From: Octopus sinensis | Lineage: Eukaryota | Assembly (NCBI RefSeq): GCF_006345805.1 | Contig: NC_043003.1 | Coordinates: 88,660,001-88,724,000, forward strand | Direction: 5' to 3' | Length of the DNA stretch: 64,000 bases | In this document: positions 8,680 through 21,930 of the stretch, in pieces | How the letters are laid out: every line of letters starts with the position of its first letter | How positions within the stretch are numbered: position 1 is the first letter of the stretch | Notes under the pieces: generated by a model | Told to the model about the DNA's origin: nothing | The model's input: only the letters and a program-made list of their open reading frames with translations | The model's database searches: none | Position numbers and translations under genes: made by a program

Positions 8680-11600
8680 AAAATGTCAGGAAACTGGTCT
8701 GCGAGGGAGTTGCAATTGTTCGTCCGAAGGTGACTCGCCGAACAATATCATTGCAGCGGCGCTAAAGAGCAATGGTTTTTCGAGGACCACCGCCCACATA
8801 GAGCAAAAGAAACGAGAATTTCTCCGTTCATACACTCTAATCAGGCAACACATGGACACTCTGGACATCATCCTAGGAGGTGACTGCACCAGGGAAGGCC
8901 AAAAGGATGAAGAAAACATCCAGGACCCAACAAAAGACACAACCAAGAAACCTAGAACAAAGGGAAACGATGGCACATGTCCAGCTCCCAACACGACTGA
9001 AGACCAAAGAGGTGTGATGGCCGCAAAAAAAGGAAAGCACCCTAAAATTGATAGGAAACAAGAGGTAAAAGACAAGAAAATTAAAACTAAAACAAACACT
9101 GTTCAGAAAAAACAAAAGAACCCCAGCAAGAACTAAAAGGTCAAAGGCAGAAACATCTGCAAATTCTACCTGAAGGGGGACTGATGGTACGGTGTCGAAG
9201 GTGCAAACTGTCGCTTTTCACATCAGAAGCCCTACCAAAAACCACACGGGCACGAGACAAAAATCCCTCCCTTGGCTAGAACAAAAAGATAAAGAAAAAG
9301 GAAAATATAAAAGAGGGAAAATAGTGCACTGACCACTCCTGAAAGACGATATGAGGATGTAGTGCGCAGTAACACAACAAATGGCCAGCTTCACCCAGAT
9401 TTGAGAAGGGCAGCAGCTGAACAGCAATCTTTTTTGTGCATGGCACAAAAAATTGTTCAGCAGCTGACCTGGCTACAAGCACAAAGCTGGAACTACCACC
9501 ACATAAGGCCACCACCAACAGATGCAGGATGGCCACCACAGACACCAACACACACACCACAAAAATATTTCTACTGAACGTAGGAGGGCTGCTGCGCAGA
9601 AACTGTAAAAGGAAAATCTTATTCCTGAGAGACCTTGTGACATGCAATCAAGCTATATGCATGGCACTCACAGAAACGCATCTTGGACCCGATATAGGGG
9701 ATACAGAAATACACATGCCGCAATATGCAGTCATATGCTCAGATAGAAAAGGAAGGAGCCATGGTGGAGTTGCAATGTACATCCGAGATGAACTCACGCC
9801 CCAGGTCCTGTTGTCATATTCAAACTCAGTGTGTGACACTCAAATTGTACACATAAGACAACTGAATATCGTCATATGCACTACATATCGCCCACCAGAT
9901 GCCCCAAATCACTAACAAAAATAGGAGAAGTCCTCACCAACCTTGAACAACACAACAGTGTATGCTTCATGGGTGACTTTAACTTCCCCAATGTGGAATG
10001 GCTTGGGGGGCAGATGCTCTCAGGGATGACACACCATCAGCAGGCACAGGCAGAGTCCCTGCTCCATCTCACAAATGCCTCTTTCATGGAGCAAATAGAT
10101 CTGCAACCAACAAGGGCAGATAATATACTGGATCTCTGCTTCACAAACAATATGGATATTATCCATAATGTTAAAGTGATACTGACAATGATCTCGGATC
10201 ACAACATAATAGAGCTGTCTATGTATGGACCAAAAGCCCCCATAGACGCACAGCCTATACGAAGCATCCACCATCTCTCCAACTTAAACTTTCATAAAGC
10301 AAACTGGAAGTTGATTGAGAAACAGATCCTCAAACGGGATCGGCCTAAATGTCTCTCCACACCGGACATTAACATGAAACACAAACACTTCATGTCCATA
10401 ATACAAGCCATATGTGACAAATATGTCCCAGTGTGCAGGGCCAGCACACACAAAAACAGGATCCCTAGAGAAAGGAAGATTCTTATGAGACGACGGACAA
10501 GGATTGCGAACCGCCTGAGCAAGCACACCAAAAGCGGTGAGAAGTCTCGGCTCGAGAGAATGCTAATGGAAATTGAGAAAAGTCTGCGTCAGTCCCATGA
10601 AAAGGAGAGAGCAGATAAAGAAGCTTGGGTAATAGAAAATATAAAATCAAACCCTAAAGCTTTCTTTAAGTTTGCCAAAGAGACAGCCACAGTGCACCAG
10701 AGAATAGGACCTCTCTTCCAAAAAGATGGCTCTCTCACAGGAAATCCCACGAGTATAAATGAAATACTGAACGAACAATTCCAAAGTGTGTTCACTACAC
10801 CTCTAGGACACAGGCAAGTAAACAACCCAGAAGAATTCTTTGCCACTTTACCTGCAGCCAAAGAGGCAAAAATTGAGTACATCAACATTGAAGATGATGA
10901 TATCACACTAACCATAGATGAGATTGACACAAACTCAGCTGCTGGACCTGATGGATTCCCAGCGATCCTTCTCAAATTGTGCAAACGAGCCCTTGCAAAA
11001 CTGCTACAGCTTCTTTTTCAGAGCTTTCTTGCAAGTGGTAAGCTCCCAGTCAAATTGAAAGAGGGGGTAATATGCCTTATCCATAAGGGAGGTAGCAGAT
11101 CAGATGCTAAAATTATAGGCCTATCTCTCTGACCTCACACATCAGCAAAGTCATGAAACGAATAGTCCGCAAGAAACTAATCATGTTCCTTGAGTAAAAT
11201 GACTTGCAGTCTGACACCCAGCATGGATTTCGACCAGGTAGAAGCTGCCTAACACAGCTCCTGCAACACTATGACTGGGTGTTGAAACAGCTACTAAATG
11301 TGTTGTGGATGTAATATATCTCGACTTTGCAAAAGCCTTTGATAATGTCGACCACGGTATGATCTGTCACAAACTGCGTGGTCTCGGCATAAGCAGAAAG
11401 CATGGAGAGTGGCTGCACAACTTCCCAAAAGATAGAAGGCAGACAGTTGTGGCCAATGGAGCCACCTCCAAGGAAACACAAATAACAAGCGGTGTTCCAC
11501 AGGGCAGTCTTGCGGCCACTGCTGTTCATAGTGGCCCTTTCAGACATGCCTTCAGTTGTTAAGATGGCCACCCTTGCTAGCTATGCAGATGAAACAAAAG

Positions 11601-12045
11601 TCTCCCACACAACACAAAACCCTGGAAATATTGCACATCTGCAACAGGAGTTGGATACAATTACAGGTGGGCTGAGGACAACAACATGCAGTTTAGTGCA
11701 GGTAAGTTCCAGGCTCTGCACTACCGGCACACCAAGGTAAACAACATGCAGACTGGATACACTGGCCTGGGAAGAATTGTAATTTCTGAGTCAAAATCAG
11801 TGTGTGACCTGGGCATTGACATGAGCAATGATGCCTCTCTCCAAGTGCATATTACTAATTTGGTGATAAAATGCAGACGGCTAGTTGGATGGATTCTCCG
11901 AACTTTCAGAACAAGAGAGAAGGAGACACTGATGGTCCTTTGGAAAACTTTTGTCCTCAGTTGCTTGAACTACTGCTCCCAAGTATGGTTACCACACAAT
12001 ATAAAGCTAACAGCAAAACTCAAAGCAATTCAAGAAGCTACACTA
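8680..12045 (+). mobile_element. CR1-group LINE, near full length but 3'-truncated: ORF1 with CCCH finger, ORF2 APE plus RT, multiple stops and frameshifts
   Basis: ORF1 frame about 8680-9577. APE motifs LLNVGGL, LTETHL, YRPP, GDFNFP, ILDLCFTN, SDHN. RT motifs AAGPDGFP, QHGFRPGRSC, YLDFAKAFDNV, GVPQG, YADET. Homologous to the copy at 1-2035. Confidence 0.92.
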
Positions 12046-12116
12046 AGAAGACATGTATATAGACATGTACACATACATATACACACACACACATATATAT
12101 GTGTGTGTGTGTTTAT

Positions 12117-12490
12117 ATCATCATCGTTTAACGTCTGCTTTCCATGCTAACATGGTTTGGACGATCTGAATGAGGACTGGCAAATCAGATGGCTGCACCA
12201 GGTTTGAATCTGATCTGGTAGAGTTTCTACAGCTGGATACCCTTCCTAACATCAAGCACTCCAAGAGTGTAGTGGGTGCTTTTACCTGCCACCAGCATGA
12301 GGGCCAGTCAGGCAGTACTGGCAACAGCCACACTCAAATGGTGATTTTCATGTGCCACCTGCACAGAAGCCAGTCTAGCGGCACTGGCAATGACCTCGTT
12401 CAAATGTTTTTTCATGTGCCACAAGCAGAAGTGCCAGTAAGGCAACGCTGGTAATGATCACACTCGCATGGTACTTTTTACGTGCCACCA
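12117..12490 (-). mobile_element. RTE LINE 3' UTR and tail fragment
   Basis: catcatcgtttaacgtctgctttccatgc is the reverse complement of the RTE tail at 18880-18917. Confidence 0.8.
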
Positions 12491-13663
12491 GCACGGAAGC
12501 CACCCGAACGTATAGAGAAATATATACATATATACAGATACACGTCTGCGCACACGCACACAAATCCACCTACAGGGCTTCCATTGGTCAGATGCTCAAA
12601 TAGAAGACACTTTCCCAAGGTACCATACAATAAAACTGAACCTGAAATTCCGTGGTTGGAAGTCAAACTTGTTAATCAAACAGCTGTGCCTAGGATTGTC
12701 ACCCCTATTTATACTCATGAAATTACCCCTATAAGGTAATTTCATGAGTATAAGAGTAGAGTGACAGATGGTTAGAGAAGTAGTAAGTGATGTGTGTTTG
12801 AATGGTAAATATTAGTATGAAGGGAGGAGGCAATGAGAGCAGTAATATCATAAATCTGTAGGGAGGTGAACATTGACAAAGATAGAGGCTAGAGTTACAT
12901 GAAAGTGTCTATAATGTGTGGTGGGTGACGGGAGGATACAAAGGTGAAGAAACAGCACTGATGGCAGATATGAGATTATGTTGAGAATGATAGCAGGTAG
13001 GAGCAACTTATAGAAGAATGATGGAGGGATGCGAATTAGGATGATGATATGTGGGGCATTGCTTGACATGCACAGATTGGGTGCAAGATCCAGCATATAC
13101 AGGCTTAAGCATAATGCTTTTAGGACATTGCTTTCACTGATGGACAGGTCTTCTTGAACACAGTGAATTGTTAATCATCTCTGTCCTTTGTTATGTGCTA
13201 CATGAGATTCAACATCTTGAGATCAGCTTTCATTACTTCATCCCATGTCTTCCTGAATCTCCCTTTTCCATAAGTTTCATATACTTAAAGCAATTAGCAC
13301 ATCTGTATACAGTTGTCCTTATCCATACGTATCACATTGCTAAACTATCAGTCTTCTCTTATGCATGTTACATCTGATTCCTCTTATGTCTAACTTTTCT
13401 CAATACATTTGCACTTTGTTGTGCATGCACATTAATAGAAGACAACATCTGCTTATTCAGGTAATCTGGGGCTAAACAACAATTTCTACTCCAATGACAT
13501 GTGGTTTGCAGTGTTTTGACATTACACGTGAGGACCCATTACAGTGACGACCTATTAGAGTGATAACCCATTATGGCAAGGTTCCATTACACAGTAATGA
13601 TCCACCCATGCAAATACTTAGTACTAATATAAAAGTTGATGCAATAGCAAAACCAGTACTAAC

Positions 13664-13801
13664 CTTAAAAGTTAATTCTTTCACCTGCTGTTCCAGTCTT
13701 TCTTTCTCTTGTCTCAGCATTGCATTACTTTCAGTAAACACATTCAAATTCTCTACTTTACGCATTAGATCGGCATGTTGTGCGGCTGAGTGTACATTGA
13801 C
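13664..13801 (-). CDS. TPR: TPR exon: VNVHSAAQHADLMRKVENLNVFTESNAMLRQEKERLEQQVKELTFK
   Basis: AG/GT sites. Matches vertebrate [32 protein letters not shown]. Confidence 0.97.
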
Positions 13802-14420
13802 CTAAAAATGTTAAGACAGAAACAAACAGAATCTTTTAAATTCCCAAAACATTTATCCTAAAGTAAAAAGGAAAATATTAAAATAGTAAAGGGGCAGAAC
13901 GAAGAGTTTCAAATGATGTATGAAATACTTCTCTCTACCATCCAAAGATGACTGAAAAAAAGAAAAGAAGAAAATCCCAATGAAAATACTCAACTACCTA
14001 AGTGCCAACAAAAAAAATCTATGCTGGCTTAACCAATGTTCACCACAATCAATTTGGGGTTTCTCGTCCTCTTCATAGCAATATTTGCCAGTTGTCACCA
14101 ACTATAGAATCCACATTGCACACAGAATTGTTATCTCCAGATATAGACTTCAGGATAAGTGGTATACCTTGTCCACAGCTATGCTATACAAGCAATGAAA
14201 TCTAGCTCCAAGATCTTTGACACTGCTGGTTTCACCTTCATTACTCAAAGTCCCAACATTGATATCAGATCATTTTAATTGTCTTCAGTTTGTGAGTCTC
14301 TTAGAGAACCATTAGAATCCATAAAAATTTAATTTACTTCATATAATTAGCATAATTTTAACTCCTTTCAAGCAGGCTATGCACACAGGAAGCACTGGAC
14401 TCTGCCATTTTTAAATATTC

Positions 14421-16015
14421 ATATCAAGTTGTTGGATCAAGTAAGGAAAGTCACAGAGAGGGTCAGTTTAGACGCGATACAGTTTGGGTTTGTACCAGAG
14501 AAAAGCAACACTGATACTATATTTCTGGTAAGACAGCTGCAAGAGAAATACCTAGCCAAAGATAAACCTCTGTACCTGGCTTTTGTTGACATGGAGAAAG
14601 CCTTTGACAGGGTCCCTCAATCCCTTATCTGGTGGTCAATGGGGAAACTACAGATAGATGAATGGTTAGTGAGAGCTGTACAAGCCATGTACTGGGAGGC
14701 TGTCAGTAAGATGAGGGTTGGCAATGAGCATAGTGAAAAATTATAGGTAGGGGACTACCAAGGATCAGTCCTCAACCCCCTCTTATTCATCATAGTACTC
14801 CAGGCAACAACAGAGGAATTCAAGACAGGATGCCCCTGGGAACTTCTCTATGATGATGACCTTGCTCTAATAGCTGAGTCACTATCAGAACTAGAGGAAA
14901 AGTTTCAGATGTGGAAACAAGGTCTAGAATCAAAGGGCCTTAGAGTCAATCTAGCAAAAACCAGTCTTAATAAGTGAGAAGGCAGACAAATCACAAATCC
15001 TTTCAGATAGAAGATGGCCCTGCTCAATCTGTAGAAAATATCAGAGGAAGGCTAACTGGGAAGATAGTTTTTGTGTGTGGCAAATGCTGGGGGGCAATAG
15101 ACACTGAAAATGTGCAGAAAACAGTTTCCATCACAAGCCAGGTGGAAAAACTAGAATAGTTGATAGCTTCCGTTACCTAGGTGACCAAGTCAGTAGCAGG
15201 GGTGGATGCTCTGAGAGTGTAGCTGCTACAATACGAATAGCCTGGGAAAAGTTCAGAGAGCTTCTACCTCTGCTGGTGACAAAGGGCCTGTCACTCATAG
15301 TAAAAGGTAGACTGTATGACTTACGTGTGTGAACAGCCATGTTACATGGCAGTGAAAAATGGGCCGTGACAGCTGAGGACATATGTAAGCTTGCAAGAAA
15401 TGAAGCTAGTATGCTTCGTTGATGTGTATAGTCAGTGTGCATACACTGACATTAAACAGAGTGAGCGATCTGAGAGAAAATTTAAACATAAGAAGCATCA
15501 GATGTGGCTGCAAGAGAGACGACTGCGCTGGTATGGTTATATGTTGCATATGGATGAGGACAGCTGTGTGAAGTGTCACACCCTAGTAGTAGAGGGAACC
15601 TGTGGAAGAGGTAGACCCGGGAAGACCTGGGATGAGGTGGTGAAGCATGACCTTCAAAGGCTGGACCTCACAGTGGTGATGACAAGTGACTGAGACCATT
15701 CGAGATATGCTGTTCTTGAGAAAACCCAGCAAGCCAAGTGAGACTGTAACCATGGCTTATGCCAGTGCAGCATAACCAGCCCATTTAAGAGTACCTTTCA
15801 AACATTGGGCAATAAACTGTGCTTGCAAAGATTTGTTGAGTCAAATGAAGTCATTGTTATGGCCGATGCCAGTACCATCTGATTAGTGCCTGTTCCACTG
15901 GCATGTTAAAAGTACCAATCGAGCATGGTCGATGCCAGTGCCACCTGGCACTCAGCTGTAGAAACCTTGGCAGATCAGATTGGATCAGACATTAAATGAC
16001 GATGATGATGATGAT
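14421..16015 (+). mobile_element. RTE LINE, 5'-truncated and degenerate
   Basis: QFGFVP, FVDMEKAFDRVP, QGSVL-PLLF, LHGSE-WAV, LRWYG, RGRPGKTW; (ATG)n tail. Confidence 0.92.
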
Positions 16016-16129
16016 AAAGAAACTACTTGAGTGTTCCATATAATAACCAAGTCACTATTGCAACTTGGTTTGAAACAATTCTAGTTGTGAAACATGAACC
16101 CTGAAAGCATCCTGCAATGGAGGTATTCC

Positions 16130-16400
16130 AAGCTTGTCTATTTTTCAACAGCAAGAAAACACAAACATGATTGAATACCAAGAAAATATTATTAAGTCAC
16201 ACTCCACTTATTCATGAGTATCACTTAGCTAAAGCTCCCAAAATCACTCCAATTGTTGAGTATCACTATCCGCAACCACCTCTCCTGAATATTGCTAAGA
16301 CTGCTTCCACATGGCTGGCCCTTCTCTTCAGAACCCGAAGATACTTCAACATCCAACAGTTATAGAAACTCTACAAAGATCAGGTAAGGTCCATCTGTCA
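16130..16400 (+). mobile_element. Degenerate LINE RT C-terminal fragment (L2/Jockey-like)
   Basis: LFRTRRYFNIQQL*KLYKDQVRS resembles the LYKAQVRP motif. Confidence 0.4.
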
Positions 16401-16636
16401 TCTAATAACAGTGCTAGCAATCTCCAATGAATATAAAAGCATAAGTTTTAACCCTAGTTTCGAAGAATAACTTGTGCTTTGCCATCACAACCAATAGAGG
16501 ATGTGCATTGTTGTGATAGCTAAAATGTCAATATTCCAAGAGAGTGACTAAATTTTTTGAGAATAACAGAGAAAGGAAAGACGTTTATGTGTGTGTGCAT
16601 GTGTTAGAAGGACTGAAGACCTGACTGTATTGTTAC

Positions 16637-16784
16637 CTGTGAATGTTCCCTTTCTTCAGAAAGATTCTTACAGGTCTCTTCATACTGTTTCTGGAGACTT
16701 TCAAGACGCTGCTTCATACGCAACACTTCAGCCTCAGCAACTTCGACACGAGCAACAGAAATTTCTTTTTCCTTCCGCAAAAAT
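16637..16784 (-). CDS. TPR: TPR exon: (R)FLRKEKEISVARVEVAEAEVLRMKQRLESLQKQYEETCKNLSEEREHSQ
   Basis: AG/GT sites. Matches vertebrate [27 protein letters not shown]. Confidence 0.97.
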
Positions 16785-16859
16785 CTGGGAAAATAACATA
16801 AGTAGACTTTACTATGCTCAGATTACATAAAACAGGATTATCCACCAACTTCAATATAT

Positions 16860-18917
16860 AAAATTGGATTAACAATAAATAAGATTGACAGTACCTTGGT
16901 ATATAAAGCAATTAAGAGAATAAAAACAGGGAAAGCCCCCGGCCCATCTGGAATCACTGCAGAGATGCTCAAAACTAGAATTGTTTTAAAACCAAGTTGC
17001 AATAGCCTAGTCACTCGTATAGTTAACCAGGAGATACACGAAGGAGTCATACCCAATGACTGGTGTAGCAGCACTATAGTCAACTGCTATAAAGGAAAAG
17101 GTGACGCTTTAGGTACAAATAATTACAGTGGTATCAAGTTGTTAGATCAGGTAATGAAGGTCACAGAGAGGGTCATAGCCCAACTAAATAGAGAGAGAGT
17201 CAGTTTAGATGAGATGCAGGGAAAAGCACCACTGATGCTATATTTCTGGTAAGACAGCTGCAGGAGAAATATCTAGCCTAATATAAACCTCTGTACCTGG
17301 CTTTTGTTGGCATGGAAAAAGCCTTTGACAGGGTACCCCGACCCCTCATCTGGTGGTCAATGAGGAAACTAGGGACAGATGAATGGTTAGTAAGAGCTGT
17401 GCAAGCTGTCAGTAAGGTGAGAGTTGGCAAAGAATACACTGAAGAATTCCGGGTGGAGGTAGGGATCCACCAAAATTCAGTCCTCAGCCCCCTCCTACTT
17501 ATCATAGTCCTCCAGGCAACAACAGAGGAATTCAAGACAGGATGCCCCAGGGAGCTCCTCTATGCTGACGACCTTGCTCTAATCGCTGAGTCACTATCAG
17601 AACTCGAGAAGTTTCGGGTGTGGAAACAAGGATTAGAATCAAAGGGCCTTAGAGTCAATGTAGCTAAAACCAAAGTCCTAATAAGTAGGAAGGCAGGCAA
17701 ACCACAAATCCCTTCAGGTAGAAAGTCCTGCTCGATCTGTAGTAGAGGCGTAAGTAGAAACTCTATAAGATGTACTCAGTGTAAGCTATGGACACATAAG
17801 AGGTGCTCTTACCTCTGCTGGTGACAAAGGGCCTCTCACTCAGAGTAAAAGGTAAACTATATTACACGTGTGTATGAACAGCCATGCTACATGGCAGTGA
17901 AACATGGGCCGTGACTGCTGAGGACATGCGTAAGCTTGCAAGGAATGAAGCCAGTATGATCCGATGGATGTGTATTGTAAGCGTGCATACTTGACAGAGT
18001 GTAAGTACCTTGAGAGAAAAGTTGGACCTAAGAAGCATCAGATGTGGTGTGCAAGAGAGATGACTGCACTGGTATGGTCATGTGGCGAGAATGGATGAGG
18101 ACAGCTGTGTGAAAAAGTGCCACACCCTAGCTGTTGAGGAAACCTGTGGAAGAGGTAGACTCAGGAAGACCTGGGATGAGGTGGTGAAGCATGACCTTCG
18201 AACTTTAGGCCTCACTGAGGAAATGACTAGTGACTGAGAGTTTTGGAAATATGCTGCGCTTGAGAAGACCCGGCAAGCCAAATGAAACCATAACCTCGAG
18301 GCCTGTGCCAGGGACGTAACCAGCCCACTTATGCGTACCCTTTCCTTCATTGGACACTAAACTCTCCTTGCGAAGACCTGTTGAGGCAAGTGAAATCGAA
18401 ATCAAATTCGATGACTGGCATGCGTGCTAGTAGGGAGCACCGTACGAGCGTGGTCGTTGACAGAGTGGCTACCCAGCTTCCGTGCCAGTGGCACATAAAA
18501 GGCACCATTCAAGTGTGATCGTTACCAGTGTCGCCTTATTGGCACTTGTGCTCAGTGTTAGTAGGGTGCTAAGAGCACCATCCGAGCGTGATCGTTGCCA
18601 GAGCGGCTAACTGGCTTCCGTGCTGGTGGCATGTAAAAGGCACCATCTGAGCATTATCGTTACCAGTGTTGCCTTACTGGCACTTGAAAAAACATTCAAG
18701 CGAGGTCGTTACCAGTACCGCCTGACTGGTCCCTGTGCCGGAGGCATGTAAAGGCACCCACGCCATTCTCGGAGTGGTTGGCGTTAGGAAGGGCATCCAG
18801 CTGTAGAAACTCTGCCAGATCAAGATTGGAGCCTGGCGCAGCCATCTGGTTCGCCAGCCCTCAGTCATATTGTCCAACCAGTGCTAGCATGGAAAGCGGA
18901 CATTAAACGATGATGAC
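16860..18917 (+). mobile_element. RTE LINE, 5'-truncated, with tandem ~60-bp repeats in the 3' UTR
   Basis: GKAPGPSGITAEML, PNDWCSSTIV, EKAFDRVP, ELLYADDLALIA. Repeated tggcac-taaaaggcacc units at 18480-18760; (ATG)n tail. Confidence 0.93.
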
Positions 18918-19254
18918 TAAACTTTGATTGTATAAAATCAAGTTCTTACAAACTGTGAAACATAAATTTAAATTACTATAAATATAATGTATAAAATTGC
19001 TTATCAGTGAATATAACATACAAATTTAGGTTTCCACTGTGTTATATAAATCCACATTACCATTAGACAATATATAAATTGAGTTACCACTAATAACTAT
19101 GTGTTTGAAAAGTTCACTTCCCAACCACAGAATTTCAAGTTCAGCCCCACTGCACAGCATCTTGGGTAAATGAGAGGAGAATTGTAGAGAAGAATTTTGA
19201 AAACGCATAAATGAGTAGAATAAAAACAAAAATTGTAGAATAATTATCACAAAC

Positions 19255-19475
19255 CTGATGACCTCAAGGAGTTGTTCAGACGACTTTTCTTTCTCCTCCA
19301 GAGAAGTATTAAGGACACTGGAAGCCTCAGCTGACTTTTGAATATGAGCTACTTGCACAGATAACTGTGCAAGTTGTTCATGTAAAATATTATTTTGGTG
19401 AACAAGATCATTGCAACGTCCTTCAATTTGGTTCATTTCACTCTTCAATATTCTTTCTTGTTCAGCCCATGATGC
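19255..19475 (-). CDS. TPR: TPR exon: ASWAEQERILKSEMNQIEGRCNDL...EKEKSSEQLLEVI(R)
   Basis: AG/GT sites. Matches vertebrate ASWEERERMLKDE...GKSQEQILEILR. Confidence 0.97.
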
Positions 19476-19649
19476 CTTGAATGGGGGGAAAAAAACCCAA
19501 AAAGCTATTATGATCATTTCCACTAATGCTAACAGAGTAGAACATGAACTTTGTTTAAAAATTATAAAGCCCATACCACCACTGATGATACGTTTGTTTG
19601 ATTTTATTGATTTAGATGTTATATCAGATAAATGATGAACCTATTTCTA

Positions 19650-19945
19650 ACTTGTTTCAGTCATCAGACTGTGAGCTATGCTGGGACACCGGCTCGAAAT
19701 TTTTTTATTCTATTAGTCACTTTTGTTGGACAACTAAGGTACAGGGATGCAAACACACCAATACTGGTTGACAAGTGGCAGTGGTGGGGACACAAAGACA
19801 CACGATGATTGGATTCTTTCAGTTTCCGTCTACCAAATCCACTCACAAGACTTTGGTCGGTCTGAGGCTATAGTGGAAGATACTTGTAGAAGGTGCTACA
19901 TAGTGGGATTGAACCCATTTCCACATGGCCACACCTGTGGCTATA
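19650..19945 (-). mobile_element. tRNA-derived SINE copy
   Basis: Reverse-complement similarity to the SINE at 45457-45850. Confidence 0.75.
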
Positions 19946-20591
19946 TTGAAAAATTTCCAAAAACTTTATGCATCAGATGTTCCACTGTTTGGTTAGTTAA
20001 CTATGGCATATTCACAGAGGTTACAAGTCTAGTAATATAATTTTGTTTTTCTGAATACATGCTGAAAGAGAGAGAGCTAAACTTACACATAATATATTTA
20101 ATGTATTACTACTATTATTGATTAGGTCATTTTATTTTGTTTGAGTACTCTATTGAATTGTTATGATACAGCGACTTTGTATAGCATACAGACTAAGTCT
20201 GCTTTTTGTTAGGTTATTTTCCAGAAAAGATTCTATCAAAAAACAGATGCTAGCAAGCATAGTTCTGTTGCTTATATTGTTGAACTATCAATACTAACTA
20301 AATTAAACGTTTCACCAATTTATATTACTATAAACAGGAAATAAACTAATGATTGTTCAAACAGATAGTTGCAGTATTCCTCTTTGTGATATTGTTTCCA
20401 TGTGTGGTCTTGTATCCATATTCCCACTAGCAGAGGGAGAGAAAGAGAAACAAAGTTACTTAATGTTAACATTCATGTTTATGAATCCCACCATAGTATT
20501 AATATTTATTTAGATTTACTTGCTTATTCTTTTCTTTACTGTTTTGTTCACCTTTTTTGCCAAATGCAACTTTGTTAATTTATACACTTAA

Positions 20592-20874
20592 CCTTTCGTT
20601 CCAACCCACCTACCAAATTTTGGTTAATATTACCAAACTAAAATTTCAGCACAGATCTTGTTAGTACATTTGTGAAAACTTGTGGTGTCACTATTGTAAG
20701 CAATTGAGTTACACTGTCCACCATTACTGTACACAATATTAAAGAGCTGTGTACTTTTGGAGATTTTTTCCCCACTTTGACTTCTTTTTAATAAATGGTG
20801 TTCCAAAAATCACATTAATATTGTGTGAAACATATAAGGGGTATATTTCGGTTAGAAATATAGTAACAAAAGGG
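20592..20874. mobile_element. Short non-autonomous piggyBac-family element
   Basis: TTAA-cctttcgtt ... gtaacaaaaggg-TTGA; ends are shared with the 30857-32124 element. Confidence 0.7.
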
Positions 20875-20957
20875 TTGAAAAACAAATATCAAGAAAACTA
20901 TCAACACATGGAAATTATACAAAAGAATTTTTATGAAAATAACAAAAGAAAGCTTAC

Positions 20958-21035
20958 TTTTGCCTCATTCAATGTTTTTAAGTTTTGCTCTCCCTCTTTT
21001 TTGGCAGTTTCTAATTTATTTGTAAAATCTGCTGA
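20958..21035 (-). CDS. TPR: TPR exon: SADFTNKLETAKKEGEQNLKTLNEAK
   Basis: AG/GT sites, phase 0-0. Its 26 aa fill the vertebrate-aligned gap exactly. Confidence 0.9.
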
Positions 21036-21609
21036 CTGTAAATATATAAAGGTTTAACATTATAAACAGAAAAATGAGACAGAATCTGGAGTATAACCAC
21101 ATATTTTTCCTAGTCCTCTTTTGCAATTATTTTCCACTAGAAACATATAGCATTTTCTTTCACTTAGTTATTATTCATTTGCATTACATACTCATATCGA
21201 TGCAATCAACACTCCTGCACATAACAGCTGATGTCTAATAAGTTGTTATAAGCAAATCATTGGTAGCGATACTAATTAAAGAAGATAATACCAATCTGTT
21301 ATAGTTACAAATCTGAGTAGATTTGTGACTATAGCAAATGAGAGCTACTTAGTTAAGGAGTTTGCTTCCCCAACACCATGACAATTTAGCAGTTCAGCTA
21401 AAAAGAGACCAATTGTATATGTACCGGGCTTAAAAGATTAGCACCAGGGGGTCAATTTGTTTGCCTAAACCCTGCAAAGTGGTCCCCAGCATGACAGCAA
21501 GCCAATGATTGAGATAGGGTTGATTTGTTTGCCTAAACCCACCAAGCAGCATAATGACTGTAACAAGTAAAAAAAGATACTAAATGTACAAACATATTTA
21601 TGTAAAAAG

Positions 21610-21930
21610 GTCCTTCAGCTTTTACTAGTTTCAGGGATTGGACTGTGGCCATGCTGGGACATCTGCTGGAAGGGTTTAGTCAAACAAATCAACCCCAGTA
21701 CTTATTTTTCATAGAACTTTAAGTTATAACGACATAAACAAACCAACATCAGTTGTCCAGCAGTGGTCACACACACACACACAACAGACATCTTTCAGTT
21801 TTGACCTACCAAATGCACTCACACCGCTATGGCTAACCTGGGGCTGTAGTAGAAGTCAGTGGAACTGAACCTAGAACCATGTGATTGGGAAGCAAACTGC
21901 ATACCATACAGCCATTCGTGTGCCTATATA
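21610..21930 (-). mobile_element. tRNA-derived SINE copy
   Basis: Reverse-complement similarity to the SINE at 45457-45850, including the internal (CA)n. Confidence 0.7.

Noticed and set aside
18410-18760. Regular ~60-bp repeats superficially like a CRISPR array
   Set aside because: Degenerate tandem units of the RTE 3' UTR in a eukaryotic intron; no unique spacers or cas genes.
19645-19670. Minus-strand CTGATGA-ct-GAAAC
   Set aside because: Mutated SINE 3' tail; no stem II and no stem I pairing.
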